DNA of 64,000 nucleotides from NCBI GenBank assembly GCA_964520555.1, contig CAZFNN010000013.1, forward strand, positions 41,233 through 105,232, in the 5' to 3' direction. This stretch comes from an uncultured Ignavibacteria bacterium. GTDB taxonomy: Bacteria > Zixibacteria > MSB-5A5 > CAIYYT01. A program made the translations under genes and the position numbers. The notes below the pieces were generated by a model. It worked only from the letters and a program-made list of their open reading frames with translations. It did not search any database and was not told the origin of the DNA. Within the stretch, counting starts at the first letter, position 1, and each line of letters opens with the position of its first letter. Positions 10,060-18,681 of this stretch are shown here, piece by piece.

Positions 10060-10710
10060 CTACTTCAAGAGGAGCATCCGTCGCGTTGCGCTCCATTCAC
10101 CGGCTGTGATCGTGTAGAAGTAGACGCCCGACGGCAACGACTTACCGCCGATTGCAGTTGCGGTCCAGTTGACCTCGTAGCTTCCGGCCGGCAACTCGCC
10201 CAGCTCCTGACTCTCAACCGTCTGTCCCAGCAAATTGACGACGGCGAATCGCACCACCGCCGACCTTTCCAGCGAAAACCGGATCGTGGTGCTGGGATTG
10301 AACGGATTGGGGAAGTTTTGCTCGAGCGCCAACGCGCGCGGCAGGGGGTCCGTGCTCTCCACTTGCACCCCCAGACTCTGCACGAAGATCGTGCCCTTCA
10401 TCGCAGGGTGGAAATCGCAGTGAAAGGGAAACGGCCCATTGCCGTCCGCGGGCTTGATCTCGACGTCAAACGGTACCCCCGCGGCGAGGATGCCGGAATC
10501 CCAACCTTTGGGCGAACCGGCGTCGCTCGTGGACGTGTGCGTTCCGGCAGAGCGCATGAAGCGCACTGTGTCGCCGTGACTGACCGTGGTGTTGACCGGA
10601 TTGAAAAAATTGTTGCCGACACTGACGGTGTGAATCGTCGCGCTCGCCATCGGCGCCAGTGCCAGTGCACCAAGAGCGGCTGCAGCCAGAATGCGTGTTC
10701 TCCGTGGCAT
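10060..10710 (-). CDS. blue-copper cupredoxin (amicyanin-like loop) with T9SS C-terminal sorting domain
   Basis: Start at ATG 10710, preceded by AGGAGG. Signal peptide AALGALALAPMASA. Candidate Cu ligands are H in AGTHTS and C, H, M in FHCDFHPAMKG. The C-terminus FPNPFNPSTTIRFSL...GVYFYTITAG...MLLLK is a typical T9SS/FlgD-Ig-like tail. Confidence 0.75.
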   Translation of the reverse strand: MPRRTRILAAAALGALALAPMASATIHTVSVGNNFFNPVNTTVSHGDTVRFMRSAGTHTSTSDAGSPKGWDSGILAAGVPFDVEIKPADGNGPFPFHCDFHPAMKGTIFVQSLGVQVESTDPLPRALALEQNFPNPFNPSTTIRFSLERSAVVRFAVVNLLGQTVESQELGELPAGSYEVNWTATAIGGKSLPSGVYFYTITAGEWSATRRMLLLK

Positions 10711-10914
10711 AATTCGAGCCTCCTGGTCTCGATAGTCTCTGGCCGGCAGCAACGGCGAGGGGTTCTATCCAAATACGTCGGTCGAGGACCAAATCTCTCA
10801 ATAATTGTTTCCCCGGAGCGCGGCTGGGCGACTCGCGGCCATGTACCGATTTTTGTAACTTTCACCGCCGGCGCCGAGTATCATTACACTCGAACCCCAT
10901 CTGTGAGTGGAGCT

Positions 10915-11646
10915 ATGATCGAAACACGGGATCTCTGCAAGAACTTCAAGGACAAAAAGCGCGGCGTCGTCAAAGCGGTCGACCACGTCAACTTCAGTTG
11001 TAAGGCCGGCGAGGTCTACGGTCTCCTCGGACCCAACGGCGCCGGCAAGACGACGACCCTGCGCATAATTTCCACCGCGCTCCGGCCCACCTCCGGTACC
11101 GCGCTGATTAATGGCGTCGATGTCAGCAAGGAACCGCAGAAAGTGCGCGAACAGATCGGCTTTCTCTCCGGCAACACCGGCCTCTACGGCCGCCTGACCG
11201 CGCGCGAAATGGTCGCCTACTTCGGCAAGCTCTACGGCATGGACGACGGCCTCGTGGCGCGCCGTACGCAGGAACTGTTTAGCCTGCTCGACATGAACAA
11301 ATTCGCCGATTCGCGCAACGAGAAGCTCTCGACCGGCATGAAGCAGAAGGTCTCGATCGTCCGCTCGGTGCTGCACGATCCGCCCGTGATGGTTTTCGAC
11401 GAGCCGACCTCCGGCCTCGATGTCATGAGCTCGCGCACCATCGTCGACTTCATCAAGAAGTGTCGCGATGACGGCAAGTGCGTCATCTTTTCGACGCATA
11501 TCATGTCGGAGGCGATGCGCCTCTGCGACCGCGTCGCGATCATCCACAACGGCCGCATTTACAAAGAGGGAACGGTCAATCGCCTGCTGGAAGAAACCCA
11601 GACCAACAATCTCGAAGACGCCTTTATCAAGATCGTGGGGGAATAG
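10915..11646 (+). CDS. ABC transporter ATP-binding protein (NatA-like)
   Basis: 243 aa from ATG 10915. Walker A GPNGAGKTT, signature LSTGMKQK, Walker B VMVFDEPTSGLD. The long 5' extension of tracked ORF 10318.. runs antisense to the cupredoxin gene. Confidence 0.9.
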   Translation: MIETRDLCKNFKDKKRGVVKAVDHVNFSCKAGEVYGLLGPNGAGKTTTLRIISTALRPTSGTALINGVDVSKEPQKVREQIGFLSGNTGLYGRLTAREMVAYFGKLYGMDDGLVARRTQELFSLLDMNKFADSRNEKLSTGMKQKVSIVRSVLHDPPVMVFDEPTSGLDVMSSRTIVDFIKKCRDDGKCVIFSTHIMSEAMRLCDRVAIIHNGRIYKEGTVNRLLEETQTNNLEDAFIKIVGE

Positions 11647-11649
11647 GTT

Positions 11650-12861
11650 ATGCAACTCAAGAACATCAAGACCATTTTCGCCAAGGAACTCAAGGACACC
11701 CTCCGCGACCGCCGCACGCTGATCTTTATGCTGGTGGTGCCGATCGTTGCCATGCCGCTGCTGATGACCGGCATCTCGCGGCTGATGATCTCGCAGGTAA
11801 AGAAAATCGAGGCACAGGTCTCAAGCCTGGTCGTGCAGAACATGCCGGAACTGCCCGCCGACCTGCAGGATACGCTGCGCACTTCACCGCAGTTCAAGTT
11901 GATCGATGAGGCCGTCTACGCCGACAAGGCCATTGATTCGCTCAAATCGGGCGCGCTCGATCTGGTCATGGTTGTCCCGCCGAACTTCCGTTCCGCGATT
12001 GAACTGGAATCGCCCACCGATGTCGAGATCTACTATGACCGGGCCGATGATATGTCCAACGCCGCTGAAGACAAACTCACGGCTTTGCTGAAACGCTATA
12101 AAGATCGCACCATCGCCGCACGGCTGGTCAAGCGCAACATTGCGACCGAGTTGCTGACTCCCTTTGAGGAAGTCCGCAACAGCGTCGCTTCGCCGCAGAA
12201 ACTGGCGGGCCAGACCTTCGGCCGCATGCTGCCCTATTTCTTTATCCTGATGTGTTTCCTCGGCGCCATGTATCCCGCCATCGACCTCTGTGTCGGCGAG
12301 AAAGAGCGCGGCACGCTGGAAACCTTGCTCGTCGCTCCTGCCACCCGCGGCGAATTCGTGCTCGGCAAGTACGGCGTGATTCTGCTGGCCGGAATGGTCG
12401 CCGGTTTGCTTTGCATGGTCTCGATGACGTATTCGCTCAACAATATGATGGTCGGGATGGGCGATATGGCTGCGGCGATGCCCAAGATCGAATTCAATCT
12501 TTCGATGATTGCCCTGATCCTGATGATCGTCATCCCGCTGGCCGGCATCTTCGCGGCGATCTTGCTGTCGGTTTCGATCTTCGCCAAGTCGGCCAAGGAA
12601 GCGCAAGGCTACATGGGCTTCTTGAACATGTTCCTGATTTTCCCGGCCTTCATTTCCTTCCTGCCGGGCGTAGAGCTCAACTGGACTCTCTCCGTAATCC
12701 CGGTGATGAATACCTCGCTGATCGTCCGCGATGCCATCGCCGGCGAAGTGCACTGGCAGTACATCATCACCGCCTTCGTCTCAACCTTTGTGCTGGCCTC
12801 ACTGGCACTCTGGTTCGCCAAGACCTGGTTCGAGCGCGAGGAGGTCCTCTTCCGCATGTAG
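11650..12861 (+). CDS. ABC-2 type permease (NatB-like)
   Basis: 403 aa, 3 nt after the ATPase gene. One N-terminal TM, a large extracytoplasmic loop, then a cluster of about 5 TM helices. Confidence 0.8.
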   Translation: MQLKNIKTIFAKELKDTLRDRRTLIFMLVVPIVAMPLLMTGISRLMISQVKKIEAQVSSLVVQNMPELPADLQDTLRTSPQFKLIDEAVYADKAIDSLKSGALDLVMVVPPNFRSAIELESPTDVEIYYDRADDMSNAAEDKLTALLKRYKDRTIAARLVKRNIATELLTPFEEVRNSVASPQKLAGQTFGRMLPYFFILMCFLGAMYPAIDLCVGEKERGTLETLLVAPATRGEFVLGKYGVILLAGMVAGLLCMVSMTYSLNNMMVGMGDMAAAMPKIEFNLSMIALILMIVIPLAGIFAAILLSVSIFAKSAKEAQGYMGFLNMFLIFPAFISFLPGVELNWTLSVIPVMNTSLIVRDAIAGEVHWQYIITAFVSTFVLASLALWFAKTWFEREEVLFRM

Positions 12862-13380
12862 CCACCGCGATTTGTCCCGGTGCCCCACCGGTGCCCCATG
12901 GGTGCCTCATTGGTGCCCCACCGCTTGCGGTGGGTCCCGAGGAACGAGGGCCTGCGGTGGCTTCTACCGCGCCGTCAGGAATCCCTTCCTGACGGAACGC
13001 TTCGGTTCCCCATCACAGCGACCTACTCCGGTGCCCCACCGCTTGCGGTGGGTCGCAACGAACGCTGGATTGCGATGGATTGAGAAGCACCAGTAGGGCA
13101 GGTCTCCTTGACGGGATCATCTCAATTGACGAATCATCTCCCGGGAGACCTGCCACGCGCGTCTTGTCGAGGAAACGAGGCCTGTCATTGCGAGGAGCGA
13201 ACGTCTCCCCCCATCCAACTCCGACCTTCGCCGCGACGAAGCAATCTCTGCCCCGATGATTTCCCCTCACTAATCGTCGCGCCACCGCACATCCCACTAA
13301 TCTGGATTCCCGCCTCCGCGGGAATGACGCCGACTCCCCTCTCCCTCTGAGAGGGCAAGGGTGCTTAACCCCCACAACCC
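12862..13380. repeat. intergenic mosaic of short hairpin repeats (at least 6 families)
   Basis: Elements present:
- GGTGCCCCACCGCTTGCGGTGGGT at 12912-12935 and 13030-13053
- CCGTCAGGAATCCCTTCCTGACGG at 12972-12995
- GGGCAGGTCTCC/GGGAGACCTGCC inverted repeat at 13096-13154
- TGTCATTGCGAGGAGCGAAC...CGCGACGAAGCAATCT at 13183-13247
- GGATTCCCGCCTCCGCGGGAATGACGC at 13304-13330, fused to CCCCTCTCCCTCTGAGAGGG at 13336-13364. Confidence 0.9.
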
Positions 13381-13410
13381 TTGCGCCGCCGCCCCCGATT
13401 CGCGTATAAT
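13381..13410 (+). promoter_or_regulatory. putative promoter of the MFS gene
   Basis: TTGCGC, 18-nt spacer, perfect TATAAT (13405-13410). GGAG follows at 13417-13420 and the TTG start at 13429. Confidence 0.4.
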
Positions 13411-13428
13411 CAGCCTGGAGTACCGATC

Positions 13429-14769
13429 TTGAAGCCGACTGCCGCCATCGCCCCGCAACCCGCAACCGACCGACAACCCGGCCGTCTCCGGATCGCCCTG
13501 CGCGCCTTCCGCCATCGCAACTACCGCCTTTACTTCGTCGGGCAGTCGATCTCGATTACCGGCACCTGGATGCAATCGATCGCGCTGAATTGGCTGATCT
13601 ATCGGCTCACCGATTCGCCCTTCATGCTCGGTCTGGTCGGCTTTGTGCTCTATGCGCCGAACTTCTTCCTCGCGCCGATCGCCGGCGTCTTTGCCGACCG
13701 CACCAGCCGCTTCCGCATTTTCTTTACCGCGCAGGTGCTGTCGATGCTCCAGGCCGCCACGCTCGCCACGCTGGTCCTGACCGACATGATCCAGGTCTGG
13801 CACATCGTCGTGCTTTCGGCCGTGCAGGGCATGATCAATTCCTTCGATTTTCCCTCCCGCCAGTCGCTGGTGATCCAACTGGTGGACGACAAAAGCGATC
13901 TGGCCAATGCCATCGCCCTCAATTCCTCGATGGTGAACCTCGCCCGCATGCTCGGCCCGGCGTTTGCCGGCATCCTGATCGCTGCCATTGGCGAGGGCCT
14001 CTGCTTCCTCTTCAATTCCATCAGCTTCATCGCCGTGCTCGGGTGTCTCACGGCGATGCGCCTGCGCCCGCAGGAGGGCAGCTCGCGTGAAAGCGATATC
14101 TGGCGCGGCTTCACCGAGGGCCTCCGCTATGTCCGCCACTCGCCGTCGATCCGCACCGTGCTCGCGCTGCTGGCGTTCGTCAGCATCGTCGGCATGCCGT
14201 ACGCCGCCATCATGCCGGTCTTTGCGCGCGACGTCCTCCACGGCGACTCACAAACCCTCGGCTTCTTGATGGGCATGACCGGCGTCGGCGCCCTTACCGC
14301 CGCCATCTTTCTCGCCACCCGTCGCCGCGTCATCGGTCTTGAAAAGATGTTGGCGCTGGCTTCGACCTTGCTCGGCAGCGGGCTGATTCTTCTGTCATTC
14401 ATGCGGGAAATCCACTTCGCGCTTCCGTTCATGTATCTCATCGGTATCGGTATGATCTCGCAGATCGCGGTCTCGAACACCCTCCTGCAGACTCTGGTCG
14501 ATGACGATCACCGCGGTCGTGTGATCAGCCTCTACGTCGCCTGCTTCGTTGGCATGTTGCCGTTCGGCAATCTGTTCTACGGCTCGCTCGCCTCCGGTAT
14601 CGGCGCTCCCGGCACAATGCTCGTCGGCGGGCTGCTCTGCCTGTTGGCCTCGGCTGCGTTCATGACCCAGTTGCGTGGCTGGCGCGAAACGGCCTACCCG
14701 ATTCTGCAAGAGCGCGCCGCTGCATCTGCCGCTCCGGCAATCGCTCCGGCGCAACCGAACAGCAACTGA
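13429..14769 (+). CDS. MFS transporter (EntS/MFS_3-like)
   Basis: About 446 aa with 12 predicted TM helices. N-terminal FRHRNYRLYFVGQSISITGTWM is typical of this MFS subfamily. The start is chosen at TTG 13429 (SD plus TATAAT upstream); the tracked ORF begins at 13381. Confidence 0.85.
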   Translation: MKPTAAIAPQPATDRQPGRLRIALRAFRHRNYRLYFVGQSISITGTWMQSIALNWLIYRLTDSPFMLGLVGFVLYAPNFFLAPIAGVFADRTSRFRIFFTAQVLSMLQAATLATLVLTDMIQVWHIVVLSAVQGMINSFDFPSRQSLVIQLVDDKSDLANAIALNSSMVNLARMLGPAFAGILIAAIGEGLCFLFNSISFIAVLGCLTAMRLRPQEGSSRESDIWRGFTEGLRYVRHSPSIRTVLALLAFVSIVGMPYAAIMPVFARDVLHGDSQTLGFLMGMTGVGALTAAIFLATRRRVIGLEKMLALASTLLGSGLILLSFMREIHFALPFMYLIGIGMISQIAVSNTLLQTLVDDDHRGRVISLYVACFVGMLPFGNLFYGSLASGIGAPGTMLVGGLLCLLASAAFMTQLRGWRETAYPILQERAAASAAPAIAPAQPNSN

Positions 14770-14829
14770 TTCGCGCCAGCGATTTTCCCTTGGATTTCCG
14801 CCCCAACTTTCCTTTCCTAACACCCGCGT

Positions 14830-16077
14830 ATGAAACTTCTCCGCAATTGCACCCAGCTTATCACCTGCGCCAACGTCGATGCCAAACCCAAAGCCGGCGC
14901 TGAGCAAGTCCGGCTGGAATTCGTCGCCAACGGCGCCATGGTCTTCGACAACCAACGCATCGTCTGGGTCGGCCGCGAGTCCGATCTCCCCGAGGCCTAC
15001 CGCCATCTTCCCGCAGACGACGTTATCAATTGTCATGGACAGATCGTCACGCCCGGCCTGGTTGATCCGCATACGCATCCGGTGTTTGCCGCGACGCGCG
15101 AGGACGAGTTCTATATGCGCAATGCCGGCAAATCCTATATGGAGATCGCCGAAGCCGGCGGCGGTATTCGCAACTCCGCGCGGCGCCTGCGCGCCGCCGA
15201 CCCTGATGCACTCTATCAGCTGGGTGTGCGCTTCCTTGATCGCATGCTCAAGTCGGGCACCACGACCGCCGAGGCCAAGTCGGGCTATGGCCTCGCGACC
15301 GACGCCGAAATCAAGTCGCTCGATGTGATCCAGCGCCTCAACGCCGATCACGCCATCGATCTCGTCCCGACCTTTCTCGGCGCCCACGAATTTCCCGATG
15401 AGTACCGCCAGAACCGCGACGGCTACATCGATCTGCTCGTCAACGAGATGATTCCCGAGGTCGCCCGCCGCAAACTAGCGAAGTACTGCGACATCTTCAC
15501 CGAGGCCGGGGTCTTCGACATCGAGCAATCGCGCCGGGTCATGTCCGCTGCCAAGGCTAATGGTTTCGAGCTCAAGTTCCATGCCGACGAACTGAAATCC
15601 ATCGGCGGCGCCGAACTCGCTGCCGAACTGGGCGCCGTCAGTGCCGATCACCTCGTATATGTCTCTGATACCGGCATCCAGAAGATGGCTGCCGCCGGTA
15701 CCATCGCCGTCCTCTTGCCGGCGACCACCTTTTTTCTCGGTCACCGCGAGTATGCGCCCGCGCGCAAGCTGATCGCCGCCGGCGTCCCCGTGGCGATTGC
15801 GACCGACTTCAATCCCGGCTCCTCCTGCACGACTTCGCTGCCGGCGGCCATGACCGTCGCGGCGATCTATCTCAAGATGTCGCCCGAAGAGATTCTCAAC
15901 GCCGTTACCTTCAACTCCGCCTGCGCGATCGGAATGCAAAAGCAGGTTGGATCGTTACAGGCAGGGAAGTACGCCGACTTCGTGATTTGGGAAGCCGAAA
16001 ACTACAGGCAACTGCCGTACTTCTTTGCACAGAATCCCGTGGCCGCCGTCTACAAACGCGGGCGTCAGGTGGTATGA
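14830..16077 (+). CDS. hutI: imidazolonepropionase
   Basis: 415 aa with amidohydrolase fold. Motifs DPHTHPVF, AGGGIRNS, KFHADE. Confidence 0.9.
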   Translation: MKLLRNCTQLITCANVDAKPKAGAEQVRLEFVANGAMVFDNQRIVWVGRESDLPEAYRHLPADDVINCHGQIVTPGLVDPHTHPVFAATREDEFYMRNAGKSYMEIAEAGGGIRNSARRLRAADPDALYQLGVRFLDRMLKSGTTTAEAKSGYGLATDAEIKSLDVIQRLNADHAIDLVPTFLGAHEFPDEYRQNRDGYIDLLVNEMIPEVARRKLAKYCDIFTEAGVFDIEQSRRVMSAAKANGFELKFHADELKSIGGAELAAELGAVSADHLVYVSDTGIQKMAAAGTIAVLLPATTFFLGHREYAPARKLIAAGVPVAIATDFNPGSSCTTSLPAAMTVAAIYLKMSPEEILNAVTFNSACAIGMQKQVGSLQAGKYADFVIWEAENYRQLPYFFAQNPVAAVYKRGRQVV

Positions 16078-16553
16078 AAACTGCATTCGTCCTCTTGCTC
16101 TGTGCCTTGCTCGTCGGCTGCGGCGTCTATTCGTTCTCGAGTTCCTCGCTGGGCGGCGTCAAGTCGATTGCCGTCCCGGAATTCGAAAATAAGTCGCTGC
16201 AGTACGGCATCCAGCAGGATTTGACCCGCAAGCTCATTGACAGCTTCATTCAGGACAACACCCTGAAGATCGTCGCGGCAGCCGATGCCGACGCCGTCCT
16301 GCGCGGGGAGGTCCTCCGCTACGAACGCACCGCCTACACCTACGACAAGAGCGACAACGTGTCGGAATACAAGGTCAATATTTATGTCAATTTCGTCCTT
16401 GAGCGGAAGGGTGGCAAGATTCTGGTCGAGCGCCAAAACCTCCTCGGCTGGGGCGTCTACGATGCCGCGGCGGAAACCGAAGAGGACGGTAAGGCGGAAG
16501 CTATCGATAAACTTGCCCGCGATATTGTCGATGAAACGACCAAAAGCTGGTAG
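16074..16553 (+). CDS. LptE-like outer-membrane lipoprotein
   Basis: 159 aa. The ATG overlaps the hutI stop (ATGA). Lipobox LLVGC. The pattern IAVPEFENKS...ADAVLRGEVLRY...EYKVNIYVNFVL resembles the LptE family. Confidence 0.5.
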   Translation: MKTAFVLLLCALLVGCGVYSFSSSSLGGVKSIAVPEFENKSLQYGIQQDLTRKLIDSFIQDNTLKIVAAADADAVLRGEVLRYERTAYTYDKSDNVSEYKVNIYVNFVLERKGGKILVERQNLLGWGVYDAAAETEEDGKAEAIDKLARDIVDETTKSW

Positions 16554-16628
16554 GAACTTTCGTACAATATTGCGATTATCATAGATGAATCACAGACTAT
16601 CACCGCGGATTTGGAAAGGTATCAGCCA

Positions 16629-17615
16629 ATGTACAGAAGCGTAGTCGCCTGCATCACTCTCGCTCTCCTTATCTTTTCCAGTGCCCTGGTCGGCGGCCAG
16701 AGCAAGGTCGGCACCACCGCCTATCCGTTCCTGAAAATCGGCGTCGGCGCCAAGGCGCTGGCCATGGGCGGGGCGTTCGTCGGCCTGGCCAATGACGAAT
16801 CCGCGCTCTATTACAATCCCGCCGGTTTGGTCGGCCTGACCACCCGCAGCGTCTCGGCATCCTACATGAATTACATCGCCGACATCCAGTCGGGCAACCT
16901 GATGCTGGTGATCCCGCGCGGAGTCGAGCCTACCGATGAATACCTTGAAGAAGAGAACCCGATCAGCGATGCCCGCTCCACCTTTGCCTTTGGCCTGACT
17001 TATCTCAACTACGGCGACATCGACGAAACCAACGCTTCCGGCCAGGTCATCGACCAGTTCGGCGGCTCTGATATGGCGTTCACCTTCGCTTACTCCGCCA
17101 AGGCCAATCGCCAGCTCGCGGTCGGCGCCGCCGTCAAGTTCATTTATCAGAAGATCGATGAATATGACTCGCAGGGACTCGCCACCGATATCGGGCTGCT
17201 CTATCGCCTCAAGGACGGCCGCACCAATATTGGCTTCTCTGCTTCGAATCTCGGATTCCAGCTCTCCGGATTGTCCGAGAACCACAAAGACCCGCTGCCG
17301 ATTCTGATCCGTGCCGGCCTCTCACATCAACTGCGCGAAATCCCGCTGACGGTCTCTGGCGAAGGCGTCCTGCCGTCTGACAATGACATTTATGGCTCGC
17401 TCGGCGTGGAATATCACCCCGATCTGCCGCTGGCCTTTCGCGCCGGCTACAGTTCCTTCGGTTCGAACTACAAAACCGATGGCGACAAGGATGGCACTGC
17501 CGGTTTGTCGTTCGGCGCCGGCTTCAAGCTCCCCAAGCTAAACGTCGACTACGCTTACTTGCCATATGCCGACCTCGGCTCGCTGCACCGCGTCAACTTG
17601 GCGTACCAATGGTAG
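16629..17615 (+). CDS. PorV/PorQ-family-like outer-membrane beta-barrel protein
   Basis: Signal peptide followed by GTTAYPFLKIGVGAKALAMGGAFVGLANDESALYYNPAGL, which matches the N-terminal signature of PorV/PorQ-type T9SS OMPs. Ends in an aromatic residue (YQW). Confidence 0.55.
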   Translation: MYRSVVACITLALLIFSSALVGGQSKVGTTAYPFLKIGVGAKALAMGGAFVGLANDESALYYNPAGLVGLTTRSVSASYMNYIADIQSGNLMLVIPRGVEPTDEYLEEENPISDARSTFAFGLTYLNYGDIDETNASGQVIDQFGGSDMAFTFAYSAKANRQLAVGAAVKFIYQKIDEYDSQGLATDIGLLYRLKDGRTNIGFSASNLGFQLSGLSENHKDPLPILIRAGLSHQLREIPLTVSGEGVLPSDNDIYGSLGVEYHPDLPLAFRAGYSSFGSNYKTDGDKDGTAGLSFGAGFKLPKLNVDYAYLPYADLGSLHRVNLAYQW

Positions 17616-18061
17616 CGCCCCGTGTGGTCAGAGGCGGGATTATTGGGCTCTGCCTGATACTCGCGGCCGCCATCGCCGCCTGCTCGCCGCCGACCCAGTC
17701 GCCTCGTGAGCGCGTCCTCGAATTCGTCCGTCTCATCCAGGCTGACTCGCTGCCCGATATCATGCCGTACATCGATCTCGATTCGGTTGCCACCTATGAG
17801 TACGCCGATGCAAAATACGATTCGTTGCCTCTGCCGCAGAAGAAGCAGCGCCTGCTGGCCGGGTTCACCGGCAGCGGCGAGATTCGTGCCAATTGGGCTC
17901 GCGCCCAGATCGTCGTCAACGAGGAGCAGTTCCTCGACGACACCAGCGCCTCCGTCGAGGTCTCCTTCATCGACCGCTCCACGCGTATCCAATACTACTC
18001 TCAGTTTCTCATGAAGAAACGAGTCGCCAATTGGATCATCACCGATTTTCAAATCAACTGA
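17609..18061 (+). CDS. lipoprotein, function unknown
   Basis: 150 aa with lipobox AIAAC. Overlaps the preceding stop by 7 nt. Confidence 0.5.
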   Translation: MVAPRVVRGGIIGLCLILAAAIAACSPPTQSPRERVLEFVRLIQADSLPDIMPYIDLDSVATYEYADAKYDSLPLPQKKQRLLAGFTGSGEIRANWARAQIVVNEEQFLDDTSASVEVSFIDRSTRIQYYSQFLMKKRVANWIITDFQIN

Positions 18062-18111
18062 CGGCCCGTTCTGGAAAACTCCCGGCGCGCAAATCCCTCG
18101 TCTTGGCAGTG

Positions 18112-18492
18112 ATGATCATGACGTTCCTTAGCTTCGTCTTTGGTTGCGGCAATCAGGACGGCAGCCGAATCAAACAGGTGACCGTCACCCAGCTTCGCGC
18201 CGAGTTGGAACGCGATTCGACTTTGGCTTTAATTGATGTGCGGACCCCCGAAGAATATAACCAGGTCCGCGTGCCGCACATCAAGGCGCGCATCGACTAC
18301 GCCGCCATTGCCGCCAAGATTGATACCATCCAATTCCCCAAAGATCGGCCGGTCTACCTCATCTGCCGTACCGGCCGACGCAGCCTGATTGCCGCCAAGG
18401 AGCTTCTCGACCTGGGTTACCAATCCCCCATCAATGTCGCTGGCGGTACCGTGGCCTGGGATCAGGCTGGCTACCCGCTGATTAAACGCTGA
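18112..18492 (+). CDS. rhodanese-domain lipoprotein (sulfurtransferase-like)
   Basis: 126 aa from ATG 18112. Lipobox FVFGC and rhodanese active-site loop LICRTGRRS. Confidence 0.8.
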   Translation: MIMTFLSFVFGCGNQDGSRIKQVTVTQLRAELERDSTLALIDVRTPEEYNQVRVPHIKARIDYAAIAAKIDTIQFPKDRPVYLICRTGRRSLIAAKELLDLGYQSPINVAGGTVAWDQAGYPLIKR

Positions 18493-18681
18493 AGCCCCCT
18501 TCAACGTCGAGAAATTGGTCGGGAAAGCGTCGCAATCTCGCGCGACGATGCTTGCCTCGAAGTTTCTGCAACGCACCCCGTTAGCGCGGCAAAAAATCCC
18601 TTGCTTTTCCCAGACCGGTTTTGTAAAGTCGGGTCTGTTATTTTCTTGGATAGAAGCGCTGCGCTTTCGTCATTGGAGGAG

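Noticed and set aside
10318-10914. Long N-terminal extensions of tracked ORFs. Affected ORFs are 10318.., 7036.., 22346.., 34384.., 41319.., 15987.., 17893.., 18601.. and 41978...
   Set aside because: Internal ATG/GTG starts with good Shine-Dalgarno motifs coincide with the beginning of recognisable domains or signal peptides. The extensions overlap neighbouring genes or repeats.
12862-13380. Possible CRISPR array, given many short palindromic repeats. The same question applies to 27138-27600, 36160-36700 and 43720-43960.
   Set aside because: The repeats belong to many different families. They are not regularly spaced, are not separated by unique spacers of uniform length, and no cas genes are present.
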